A DNA stretch of 56,187 nucleotides, from contig CAUYUJ010000105.1 in assembly GCA_963575745.1 (NCBI GenBank), positions 62,001 to 118,187 of the forward strand, given 5' to 3'. Source of the DNA: Prorocentrum cordatum (lineage: Eukaryota). Shown here in pieces: positions 1 to 10,370 of the stretch. The notes under the pieces were generated by a model that was not told the origin of the DNA, made no database searches, and saw only the letters and a list, made by a program, of their open reading frames with translations. The translations under genes and the position numbers were made by a program. The number at the start of each line of letters is the position of its first letter. The first letter of the stretch is position 1.

Positions 1-3
1 TCT

Positions 4-80
<77 letters not shown>
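1..80. repeat. (TC)n microsatellite
   Basis: Near-perfect TC dinucleotide run at the window start. Confidence 0.97.
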
Positions 81-83
<3 letters not shown>

Positions 84-296
84 CTGACTACTATTACCCC
101 CCCCCCCGCCCTCCGTCACCTCCCTCATCAGTTTCCGACCCCCTCCTCAGCGGGCCAACCGCTTTGCGCTCGCTTCCCGCCTGCCTCCCCATTTTGCTCC
201 TCAGCGGCCCAACCGCTTTGCGTGGGAGGATGAGGAGGGGGGGGGAGGAGCAGGAGGAGGAGGAGGAGGAGGAGGACGGACGGAATAACTATTTCG

Positions 297-319
297 TCGC
301 AGCCGTTTTTGGCTTCAAC
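297..319 (+). other. Degenerate dinoflagellate spliced-leader relic
   Basis: TCGCAGCCGTTTTTGGCTTCAAC aligns to DinoSL CCGTAGCCATTTTGGCTCAAG with a few substitutions and two 1-nt insertions. Confidence 0.45.
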
Positions 320-568
320 TTTTTTTGAATTCGCCCAACCGAATTCGAGAATTCGTTAAATGGCTGCCCGGGGTGCTCGCTGCGCCACGCGCGGCGCCCT
401 CGGCCCCGCAGCCAACATGAACGCGCGGCACTTCGCGCAGGACGTTTCCTGGTGGCATCGCTGCTGCCTGCAGTGCGTTCGGAATTGCCGAGCGAGCTTC
501 GGTGATGAGCATCGCTTAACCGAACCCTATCCCCATCTCGGTGGCCTTTTCTCCACTAGGGGATTTAC

Positions 569-632
569 CCCCCGACATGGGGATATAGGCGGAATGCCTG
601 GGGTTTCGGGGTGTATATCCCCATGTCGGGGG
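569..632. repeat. Perfect 19-bp inverted repeat with a 26-nt loop
   Basis: CCCCCGACATGGGGATATA (569-587) and TATATCCCCATGTCGGGGG (614-632). Confidence 0.92.
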
Positions 633-1570
633 CGGCGGGAGGGGGCGGGCTGGTGGGGGGCTACATGGGGTTGTTAGGTTAATCGATACTGAGGCGAGGC
701 GCTACTCACCGTCGACGCGGACACGGCCACGAAGCTCGTCGACGAGCGCCCGGCGATCGCGGCTCAGGCGCGCGCTGCCCAGGACGGCGAGAGAGACAGG
801 CACGCCAACCAGCGGCGACGGCTTCACTGAGCGAATCCGCGCGCCGCGCGTTTCGAATCGGGAGCCGTGCTCCCCGCCTGCACCCGCAGAGAAAAAGCGT
901 CGCGGAGGGCGACGCCTCCCGTCGAGGAGGCGCCGCGCGCAGTTCCTCCCCCCCCTCCCCTTCCGCGTTCTCCTCAGCGGCGCAACCGCTTTGCTTTGCA
1001 TGGCCCCTGAGGGGGGGGGGAAGAGCGGCCGAAACCAGACAGATCAGTGATCTATATGTTTTGGGCCCTCCTCCACCTCTTCCTCCTCGCCCCCCCCCTC
1101 CCCCCCCTCCTCCTTCTCCTCCTCCTCAGCGGGCCCAGCCGCTTTGCCTTGCAGTTTTCGCATGCATTTCCTCTTCCCCCTCCTCCTCCTCCTCGTCCTC
1201 CCCCGCCCCCCCCCCCTCCTCAGCGGTCTACCCGCTTTGCTCTGCAAATTCAGCGGCGCGGTCGCTTCCCGCGTTCGCGCTTCCCGTTCGCAGCCACTTG
1301 AAGGGCTTCCCGAGGCGACTGCCTTCGTCGGAAGTTCTCCCGCGCGCGCCGTGGCGCCCAAGCGCGTGGCGAAGAAGCGGCGTCAAGGAAAGGTTGCTTC
1401 GCTGCCTCGTGACGATGACGGCGATCATGCCGCTTCTTTTCCCATGCCCTCACATCATCTCTCCATCCAGGCGCAGCGGCGTGACCGCTTGGCACCCGGC
1501 CCCCCTCCCCCGCACCTCTTCAGGCGACGCTGCTGATGCTGCAGACGCAGCACAGGTCATCGCCAACGCG

Positions 1571-3453
1571 ATGATGACGACCTTGCCCAGCTTCTCCGAC
1601 GACAGCCCTGCTCCCATGGCGCCAGTGGCAGCTCAGAACGTGCTGCAGTCGCTCTTCCAGCGCCAGGCCGCGGCAGGCAGCCAGGATGCGCCAACCGAAA
1701 AGGCGGGGGACGCTGTCGCAGGCAGCCTTCAGCCAGCAGCAGGCGAGCCTGTCGGCGAACCCACCGACGCGCCCGTCGCCCGCGCCCCCGAGGTCGCGCC
1801 AGCAGAATCCCCGAGCGACGCCCGCCCGCCCTGTCCGCCCCAGCCCGAGGCAACCAAGGAGGCGACAAAGCCTGGCAAAGAGGCAGCAAGGGACACCCTG
1901 CCTGACAAAGAGGCAACAAAGGAAGAGACTGAAGAGGAGGCGGGCGAGGAGGCTGAAGATGAGGACGTGTCAGTGGAGCAGCTGTCGGACGACGACAAGA
2001 GGGGGGAAGAGGTTGAGGCCCTGCTCTCGCAGGGCGACCCGAAATGCTCCCAAGAAGGAAACGAATCCGCTTGCACCGGGTTGTAAGATCACCCATTGCG
2101 GCACGGTCATCACGCGTGCCGCGTGCAGGGTACGCGACCAAACACTTCGAAGGATTTTCGGCGGGTGGCCAATTGCGGAGTTCGACGAGCTCACCACGGA
2201 GGAGCAGGATCACTTCTACCAGAATTGCGGGTCAGCCGCTGCTGCTTGCCGCGACGCGATGAAGGGGATGCTGATGAATGTGCGCATGAAGCGCATCACG
2301 GAGACCCACACTGGGCAATTCCTGCCCTTGTCTGTGTACGAGAAGCTGGGATACAACACGAAAGATATTGAAGAGAAAACACAGGCTGCTGACATCGAGG
2401 ATCATCCAGTTCTCGGGAAGACGTACCGAGTTCAGATCCACGAGATCTCGGAGGCCAGGATCAAGGAGGTCATCATGCAGGAGAGCTAGAAAAGTTGGCA
2501 GCAATCGCAAGCGCAGAGCGTCAGCCTTCCTGGAGGCTGCCGAGGAAGCTGAAAAGCCGCAGAGCGCAACAGCGGCAGGAGCAGCAGCGGCGCTCGAGGA
2601 GGCCCCAGCGGAGCTGCCGAAGCAGAATGGCTCAAAGAAGCGCCAGCGCAGCAGCAGCAGCAGCGACAGCAGCAGCAGCTCCAGCTCCTCGAGCTCCGAC
2701 AAGAAAAAGAAAAAGAAGAAGGGCAAGAAGGGTAAGAAGGGCAAGAAGGGGAAGAATGGCAAGAAAGGCAAGAAGGACAAGAAGAACATGAAGGGCAAGC
2801 ACGATGACGAGGAAGAGCTTTCAGGGTCTGACGCGGGCCTCAGCCCAAAGGAGCTTGCGGCCAAGCGCAAGGCGAAGCTCGCAGCAGAGAAGAAGGCGGC
2901 CCGCGAGGCTGAGAAGATTCAGAAAGCCATGGACAGGGAGATGGCCAAAGAGGAGGCAGCCCGCAAAAGGCAGGAACAGAAGAAGCGCACCAAGGGCTTG
3001 CAGACCGTTAACTAGGTGCTGTTGGCGGTGAAGCCATTGCTGAAGAAGACGGGGGATCTTCTGCGCGATGAGCGCGCGAAGAAGGCGACGGAGTCAGATC
3101 GGATCTGACGATGGGGAGGGGGGGGAGGAGGAGGCGGAGGAGGAGGAGGAGGAGGCGGAGGAGGAGGCAGAGGAGGAGGAGAAGGAAGAGGAGGAGGAGG
3201 AGGAGGAGAAGGAGGAGGAGGGGGGAGTCGCCCCCTCTCATTTCAGGCGCCGACGACGTACACTGAGGAGGCCACCAAAAGGCAGAAGTTTCTGAATGAT
3301 GTTGTGGAGCATTGCAACAAGTGCCTGGAGGACGAGGAGGTCGTCCCAGACGTCAGGGAGGAGGAGGTTAAGACGGCTGTCAACTACATGACATCGTGGA
3401 TGAAGAATATCAAGGCTGCTTTCGAGACGCAGTCGTGGGCCAAGAAGAAGTGA
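1571..3453 (+). pseudogene. Disrupted transposon accessory ORF of unknown function
   Basis: Protein-like sequence runs through ORFs 1061-2086, 1686-2489 and 2368-3015 and on to KAAFETQSWAKKK* at 3453. It has an acidic/Pro-rich N-terminus, a core GQFLPLSVYEKLGY...HPVLGKTYRVQI, and a Ser/Lys-rich coiled-coil tail. It is broken by frameshifts near 2050 and 2490, a TAG at 3013 and a (GAG)n insertion at about 3112-3225. Confidence 0.6.
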
Positions 3454-3825
3454 TCCACTGGGGCTCTGGCCAGATCACTTCGGAGTAAGTCTCCATCGAC
3501 TCGTTGGATACCGATGGCATGACCGTGGCGGTAGCTACCTGGACTTTGAGCGTGCTTGCAGGGGCACACAGCGGACGTCACCGCTCTCGCGTAGGATTTA
3601 TAAGGAGCTCGTTGCTCCTCTTGCTAGCGTCGTATACATCGGGAGCTGCTGCGTTGCTCCTCTCAGCAGTCCGCGCCGATGCAGTTCCCATAGCAAACGC
3701 GCTTCCCTCCTCCCCCTCCCTCCCCCCCCCTCTTCCTTCTCCTCCTCCCCCCTCCCCTCCTGCACGAGTTGACCGCTTATCCCTCCTCCCCAACCACGGA
3801 ATACATCATGATGTTGTCGCACGCA

Positions 3826-3999
3826 GCAGCGGCATTGCCGCTTTGCTAATGATGGCGTTTTCACTTGCAGCGGCATTGCCGCTTTACTTGTAGTTGCATT
3901 GCAGCGGCATTGCCGCTTTGCTATAGTGATGTCCTTCTCAACTTGCAGCGGCATTGCCGCTTCGCTTGTATTTGCACCAGCGCAGCGGTCTGACCGCTT
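3826..3999. repeat. Cluster of five palindromic GCAGCGG-N5-CCGCTT units upstream of the transposase
   Basis: GCAGCGGCATTGCCGCTT at 3826, 3867, 3901 and 3945, and GCAGCGGTCTGACCGCTT at 3982. The spacers alternate between two related types. Confidence 0.9.
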
Positions 4000-4129
4000 C
4001 GTTACGCCTGCACGTTCATGCCAATGCCCCCTCTCAGCGCCGCCTCAACCGCAGCGCTGGCCCAGGCCAGCTTTCGCCCGAGCCAGCTCGGGCTCGAGCC
4101 AGTTTTTGATCGAGCCAGCCTCATCTCCG

Positions 4130-6159
4130 ATGAAACGTTCAAGCTCCGACGCGGGCGAGAACGTCTCCCAGAGGTCGCGCGCATTTGCTCCGCTGATTGC
4201 CTCGTTTAAAGCGTCGAACGCGGCAGTGATCGGCATTGCGCGCTGCTTGAAGGGGCAGCCAGAGATCATTGACGACGTGACGAAGTGGAGGATCAGAAAG
4301 GCTAACGATGAATTCGCATCAGAATTTCTGGATGCGCCAATACAGCTGAACTCGGCAAGCGGCACGGCCTTCGACATGCCCGTCGTCAATATCGCCAGCC
4401 TCCTTCAACACTGCGCTTCCGAATGTGCGAGCTTCAGAAATTTGCTGCCCACAACTGTAAGAAAATTCCCGTGCTCCCCAGCGGCGCCGCGGGACTTCAC
4501 ATTGTACTTCGATGAGTTCGTACCAGGCAATGTATTGCGGCAAGATAACAAACGCAAGACGCTCTCGTTTTACGGGAGCTTCCGCTCCTTCGGCCCTGAC
4601 GCGGTGTCGTGCGAGGACGCTTGGTTGCCTCTCGCTTTTGTTCGCCACACAGTGGTCGATAAGGTTGCGGGCAAGATGTCTGGAGTCGTTCGCCAACTGT
4701 TGCGACGACTTTTCATTGGCCCAGACAGCGCGTCGCAGAGGGGCGTCCTCATTGATGGCATTGGGCCTGGCGGCGCCCCTGCGCTCATCTTCTTTAAGCT
4801 GTCGAACCTGCTTTGCGACGAAGATGGCGCTAAAAATGCCTTGTGCTTGAAGGGCGCCGCCGGCGTAATCCCTTGCGCTCTGCGCAAGAATGTGCACGGC
4901 ATATGCGACCGCTCGGAGCCCCTGCTGTCAGCGCATGACAGGACGAGCACGCTGGTGCCCATTTCGTGCTCTGATCCCAACCTGTTCGACGCGCGCACCG
5001 CGGAGGACCTGTTCTTCTCCGCGGACCTGCTCCAGCGTCTGCAAGCCACGCTGCCCAAGGGCGCGTTCGAGGAGCAATGCAAGATGCACGGCGTTAATCA
5101 CGCGCCAGATGGTTTGCTATTGGACGCTGAGCTTCGCCAGCACGTGTCGCTGGACATGCACGCGTGCGACCCAGCACACTGCGTGATCATAAATGGGATC
5201 GCTCAGATTGAACTGAGTGAGTTTCTGTGCCGCCTCGCTGCCGTCGGCCTGACGTTGGAGCGCTTCAGGGACATCGCCAGCGCGCAGTGGCAGATTTGCA
5301 GCTTTTCAGCGACCAGCGGCATGCTGGACGCCAACGGGCTTTTCAGCGACCAGCGGCAAAAGCACTTGCAGACCAGCAAGAAATACAGCGCCAAGGCGAG
5401 CGAGATCATCGCGGCCGTTCCGCTCATTCGGTACGCTCTCGATGTACTTACCGCTGGGTCCGCTCAGTTCAAGCTGGACTTTGCAAAGGAGCTGGCTTCC
5501 TTTGCCGCGCTGGCCAAATCACTGTTTCTGTATTTGCTGGCCAAGAGAGGCGCGGCTGTGGCAGATGCTTGGGCCGTGGCGCTCCGCAACCACGCCGTGG
5601 CTTTCGAGTCTGCGTGCGGTGATTGCGGCATGTACATCCCGAAGTTTCATTTCTGCAGGCACCTGCCGCGACAGGTGCTCAGGGATGGGTTCGCACTTGA
5701 TACGCTTGTGACGGAGAGGTACCATAAAAAATCACTGCGGATCGCTGAATTCATCGACAACACGCGGTGCTTCGAGAAATCATTACTGACCCGAGCTATT
5801 GCCCTTCAGTGCCACGATGTGCAACATAATGTTTCATTTGGGAATGCCTTGGTGTGCGGCATCAAATGCAACGACGTCATGAACGTTTCGAAGGTCGTTA
5901 TTGCGGGTGGCTCTCGCATATCAGCTGGAGATATTCTGCGTATTGGTGAGAAGCGCTATTTATCCTCGGCGGTGCCGAGGAAGGCGGCAACGTGGCGTTG
6001 ATTGTTCAGGAGTTGCATTTTATTTGCCAGGCGTTGCCCAGCGCCTCGCGGCGGCGAAAGGACGACGCCCCGAAGTTCGCGCAGTGCGACTCCTTCATGG
6101 CACAGCCTCTCTGGACACATGAGGCTTCTGGAACGCTGTTAGTGGTGGATATGGCATAA
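4130..6159 (+). pseudogene. CACTA/Mirage/Plavaka (CMC)-like DDE transposase with a C-terminal frameshift
   Basis: ORF 3899-6001 (likely ATG 4130) shows the motif order typical of CMC/Plavaka transposases: LYFDEFVPGN, WLPL, LCDEDG..K..L.LKG..G..PCxxR (degenerate CxxC), DPAH, PKFHFCRHL..Q...DG......TERYHK. Coding-like sequence continues in other frames from about 5955 to a TAA at 6159. Confidence 0.72.
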
Positions 6160-6279
6160 GTACCCGCAGGCGCCGAAGTGCCTGCAAGCGTCGAGCGCTG
6201 GCGCGATTGCACTTGCCAGAGCATTTCCTGAGATTTATCGGCGCGACCGCTTCGCGAGGCTACCCAAGGGGAGACAAGG

Positions 6280-6860
6280 GGGCGAGGAGGAGGAGGAGGA
6301 GAGACAATCGGAGCGGCGCGACCGCTTTGCCACTTTGCGAGGCTATCCAGGGGGGAGCGGGGGGAAAGGAGGAGGAGGAGGAGGAGGGGGAGGAAGGAGC
6401 AGGAGGAGGAGGAGGAGGTGGAGGAGGAGGAGGAGGAAGAGGAGGAAGAGGAAGAGGAGGAGGAGGACGAGGAGGTTGAGGAGGGCGAGGACGAGGAGGA
6501 GGACGAGGAGGAAGAGCGGTGCGTCCGCTTTGCCCCTCATGCCCCGATCCTTCGCGCGCGATCGCTTTGCGAGGCCATCCAAGAGGAAGAGGAGGAGGAG
6601 GAGAAGGAGGAGGAGGAAGAGCAGGAGGAGGAGGAGGAGGAGGAGGAGGGCGAAGAGGACAAGGGGGAGGAGAACGAGGAAGAGGAGGAGGAGGACGAGG
6701 AGGAGGAGGGGTAGGAGGAAGAGGAACAGCGGCGCGTCCGCCCTGCCCCTTAAATTCTGATTCTGGGAATTACCGTTTTGCAGGTTATCCAAAAGGAGGA
6801 CGAAAAGGAAGAGGAGGAGGAGGAAAAAAGGAGGAGGAGGAGGAGCGGTGCGACCGCTTT
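6280..6860. repeat. (GAG/GGA)n low-complexity tract interleaved with AGCGG-N5-CCGCT motifs
   Basis: Purine-rich trinucleotide runs punctuated by GAGCGG...CCGCTTTGCC at 6312, 6515 and 6844, with an imperfect copy at 6728. Confidence 0.9.
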
Positions 6861-8099
6861 GCCTTTTCAGCTTCTTGGTTCCCTTCAGTTTTGCCGCTGC
6901 CATTGTCATCTCAGGGGCTACATGGACGCCTTGCGCGGGCCCAGAGCGCGACAAGAGGTTGTCATCCAGGGATTCGAACGCATTTGCCCTCCCTCCTCCT
7001 TCTCCTTAACCTCCCCTCCCCCGTTGGAGCGCAACGTTCTGGGCGTGATTAAAAAGGAAAGTTCTGAAGCGGCCAAACCGCTGCACTGTGCAACTTGCAA
7101 TATAAAAGCGGTCTGCCGCTGCGGAAAGTCAGGGGAAGAAGGAAGAGAAGCAAGTTGGTTTGTGATTTTTCTCAGAATTTGCATTTTTTTCATTTTCACT
7201 ATTTGTTTCATCATTTTTCACGATTTGTCGTTATTTTTATTATTATCACTATTTAACACTATTGTTTTCACTATTTTTTCATTATAGTTTACTATTTTTC
7301 TCATTTTTTAATACATGCTGATAGGATCCTATAGTGCACAATAGATATATTTAGTGTTTTACAGAGCCCCACCCGTCAAAGCACCCCCTCACCTCCGACG
7401 TTTTTGGGTGTTTCACGCCGGGCGTGGCGGTCGCCAGGCCGCCCTCGCCCCTTCCTGCGTGGGAGTTACATAAGGGGGAAACGCTCGCAAATTTTTCAAT
7501 CGGCGTTTCAGGGTGGTCTACGCCGTGCGCAGAGAAAGTGGCGTTCGTTGGCATGCGAATGGTGCCCGACGCGACAGCGGCCGTATGCGTCCGCACAAAG
7601 ACGTTGCTGCAAGGGGGAACTCTCGCCTATTTTCAAATTTGCGTTGCCGTCGTTTTCGAGAGGACAAAAGAAGACGAAAGCGCCTTCGTGGTTTGCCACG
7701 GTACGAACGTCAAGGTAATTATTACACCTGACGCGGCCAGGTACTTTTATATGTGCCCGTAGTGCTGCAGTCCAGGGGTCCAACGCGCGGGCGCAGAGAG
7801 TCGGGTGCGCGAAGCTGCGCCAACCTAGCCGGTTCCCAGGAGTGGGCGCGAAGCGTCACCCAAACATAACGCTCCCAGCTTACTCGTCCCATCTCGGTGA
7901 GTGGGCACCGCGGTCGGAGGTCGCGCAGCCAGTTCGTGTCCAGCGTGGCGAGAGCAAGTCGGCAGTGGTACTGGGAAGCGACGCATCTAGCATTGGTCGC
8001 CCTGCAAATAAATGTTTACAAGTCGCGTGTGCGAACCTGCGCGGGGGGCGGCGGCGCCGGCATGCACCGAAAAGATTCGAAACAGAGTGCAACAACGAC

Positions 8100-10004
8100 A
8101 TGGCATCAGGGGGTGGCAGTCGCGTGTCGATAGAGAGACAAAATCTCCAATCGGTTCAGACGTGGCTGTGTGGTGAGGGCGCGTTTGTGTGGGTGTATGA
8201 AGCGAAGGACGTGCAAGAAGTAATGACAGCCGCGTCGCGGCATAGATGGAAGCTTGGCGACAACCACGGCGTGTGCGCAGGAGCAGTTCTATGGATGTCT
8301 ACTAAACACGTTGCTCGCGTGGTCAGCGGGGGAGATGTGCTCGCGCGCGATGCTGTAGAGGGAGAAGCAGACCATGCTCCGCGGCTGCGTTCTTCGGTTG
8401 GGGGTAGCACCTCGGTACCATCATCCGATATCGCGCAGGCGTGGCCGACCTGCGCGGATGGTGCACGTGAAAGTGCCGATGTGGCAGGGGAAGAGCGGCA
8501 CGATACGGGAGGGGGCTCAACCGTGGAGCACATTCAGGCGAAAAGCCCAAACGAGAGCACAGTGTTGGAGCTCGTGCGACCCGGTGTGTCAGAAGCAGAG
8601 TTGGCGGCCGCGTTGCATGGTGACTCGGCTCAAGTCATGCTGGAGGACGGGGCCTGGGCGTGCGTTCAACATCGGATAAAGGGCATGCCGAACATTGGGA
8701 ATTCGTGTTTTGCAAACGCCGCATTGCAAGTGTTACTGCGCCTGGGGCCCATTCGGCACGCGGTGTTGCATCATCGACGCGGACGCAGCGTCCGACGGCG
8801 TCATCGATGCGGTGTGTGTGCATTGGCACAGCAGGCGGATCTGATGGGCGCAGCCGTGGGTGACCTTCCTGTGGATAAAAGCGAACAAGTACCGGGAGTT
8901 CGAGCGGTGCGCGATGGGTTGTTCCAGCGCGGTCGCATTGATGACTTTAGGGGCACTCGCCAATGCGACGCCAGCGAGCTGTGGAGCGCCTTAGTTGATG
9001 CTATCTGTGCTGCAGAGTCGAGTGCGTTGGCAGGCATGGGAATCCCGGCGCAGCACTACACACTAGTAGACGGGTCCATACTGGGAAGCACCATCCGTCA
9101 AAGGCGGTTCTGCGGCGGATGCGGTTGGGTGTCGGATGTTTACAGACGAGAACGATCCATGGTAATCCAAATGTGGGAATATACGGATATGTTGGGACCA
9201 GTTGGTCTTGAGCATCTCGTGGCGTTGGAATCCACGCGAGCCCAGCGCGGTTTGCCATGCCCGCATCGACCCGCCTTGCGAGACGGAGAGGTGTGGCATG
9301 GGTGCCCAGGCCCGTCGCAAACTCACGACGTGCCATCGGAGACACCTGCCAGATTCCTTGTTGTGGTCCTGAGCAGAAAAATGGCGGACGGAATGACTCG
9401 AGTGAATTCCCGCGTGATCGCCCCCAGGGCGTTCGAGTGGCCTGGCGCGTCGGGCTGGACATGCCAGCTCCACGGCGCGATTTGCCATCTGGAGCACCCA
9501 TCTCATTACGTCGCCTACTTCGACTGCCCCGGCGTCGGTGTCGCCAGGTTCGACGACAGCGAGTTGGCGCGGATGGAGTTCAAGGAATTTGCAGAGAGCT
9601 CGAAGAATCAGAGAGACATTGCCCTTGTGGCGTTTTCCAGGCACCGAACGGAAGCAGTCGTGCCGACAGATGGCGCCACGGAAGCGGCGTCGTCAACGGA
9701 AGGGCCGCTGTCGTTGGGCGACAGACCCCCAATGTCGCCATCAACAACCGACATGGAAAAAGCTACGCACGAGCTGGGTGGAGCGAGCCGTGGACATGCA
9801 GAATCCGTAGACGACGGCGGTGCTGCCAAAACGTCGCTGGGAAGCGAGATGGCTGTGGGCCGCGTCGATGCAGAGTCTACATCAACGCGCGCGCCATCGA
9901 GGGCAGGAGATGGTGCACATGGTGCGTCTCCGTCTTTGCATGGCGCTCCTGTCGGGAACCGTCAGCTGGAGGGGTCGCAGGGGCCGCCGAGGGGACGCGG
10001 GTGA
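8100..10004 (+). CDS. N-terminal part of the Helitron polyprotein containing a ubiquitin-specific protease (peptidase C19/UCH) domain, about 8682-9640
   Basis: Cys box GMPNIGNSCFANAALQVL (Cys at 8706), QCDASELW box, CxxC finger (FCGGCG), His box LHGAICHLEHPSHYVAY and FDDS. The catalytic C/H/D residues are all present. Confidence 0.8.
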   Translation: MASGGGSRVSIERQNLQSVQTWLCGEGAFVWVYEAKDVQEVMTAASRHRWKLGDNHGVCAGAVLWMSTKHVARVVSGGDVLARDAVEGEADHAPRLRSSVGGSTSVPSSDIAQAWPTCADGARESADVAGEERHDTGGGSTVEHIQAKSPNESTVLELVRPGVSEAELAAALHGDSAQVMLEDGAWACVQHRIKGMPNIGNSCFANAALQVLLRLGPIRHAVLHHRRGRSVRRRHRCGVCALAQQADLMGAAVGDLPVDKSEQVPGVRAVRDGLFQRGRIDDFRGTRQCDASELWSALVDAICAAESSALAGMGIPAQHYTLVDGSILGSTIRQRRFCGGCGWVSDVYRRERSMVIQMWEYTDMLGPVGLEHLVALESTRAQRGLPCPHRPALRDGEVWHGCPGPSQTHDVPSETPARFLVVVLSRKMADGMTRVNSRVIAPRAFEWPGASGWTCQLHGAICHLEHPSHYVAYFDCPGVGVARFDDSELARMEFKEFAESSKNQRDIALVAFSRHRTEAVVPTDGATEAASSTEGPLSLGDRPPMSPSTTDMEKATHELGGASRGHAESVDDGGAAKTSLGSEMAVGRVDAESTSTRAPSRAGDGAHGASPSLHGAPVGNRQLEGSQGPPRGRG

Positions 10005-10370
10005 GGCGAACGAGGCGCTGGGGGAAGCAGAAAGAAACGTTTTGCGAGTCGTATAGAACGAGCGCGACAGAGCCCACACATTGCTCGTCCATGATTTGTG
10101 GCCAGTCGCGCAGAAACGAGCCCGAGGCAGGCGCTGGGGCGACCGCGGGCGCAGCAGCAGCCAGCAACCTCAACGAGCCAGTGCAGGACGGTGCCGCAGT
10201 GGGTGCAGTCCCAGAGGCGGATACAACGCAAGAGATGTTTTTTTTGCAGCGCGCGTCAACCCAGCGCCGAATGATCCCCGACGAGCACGGGAAGACGCGG
10301 TGGCAACGGCTGCGAAGCTGTTGCGGGAGATCCCTACTGTGCCCGCGGATCCTGAAGACCTTAATATACA

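Larger units (their letters stand above)
81..7336 (+). mobile_element. Decayed CACTA/Mirage/Plavaka (CMC)-like DNA transposon; boundaries approximate
   Basis: Contains a CMC-type transposase ORF and an upstream accessory pseudogene. Both ends and the inter-ORF spacer carry many copies of AGCGG-N5-CCGCT. The right end reads ATAGGATCCTATAGTG (TAGTG is the reverse complement of CACTA). A matching left TIR was not convincingly found. Confidence 0.55.

Noticed and set aside
3826..3999. CRISPR-like array of 18-bp palindromic repeats with 16-26 nt spacers
   Set aside because: Spacers 1/3 and 2/4 resemble each other, indicating a duplicated unit of about 77 bp. The repeat is the same dyad found throughout the transposon, no cas genes are present, and the context is eukaryotic.
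7351..7783. Short overlapping ORFs between the two transposons
   Set aside because: No recognisable motif on either strand. Probably non-coding Helitron 5' region.
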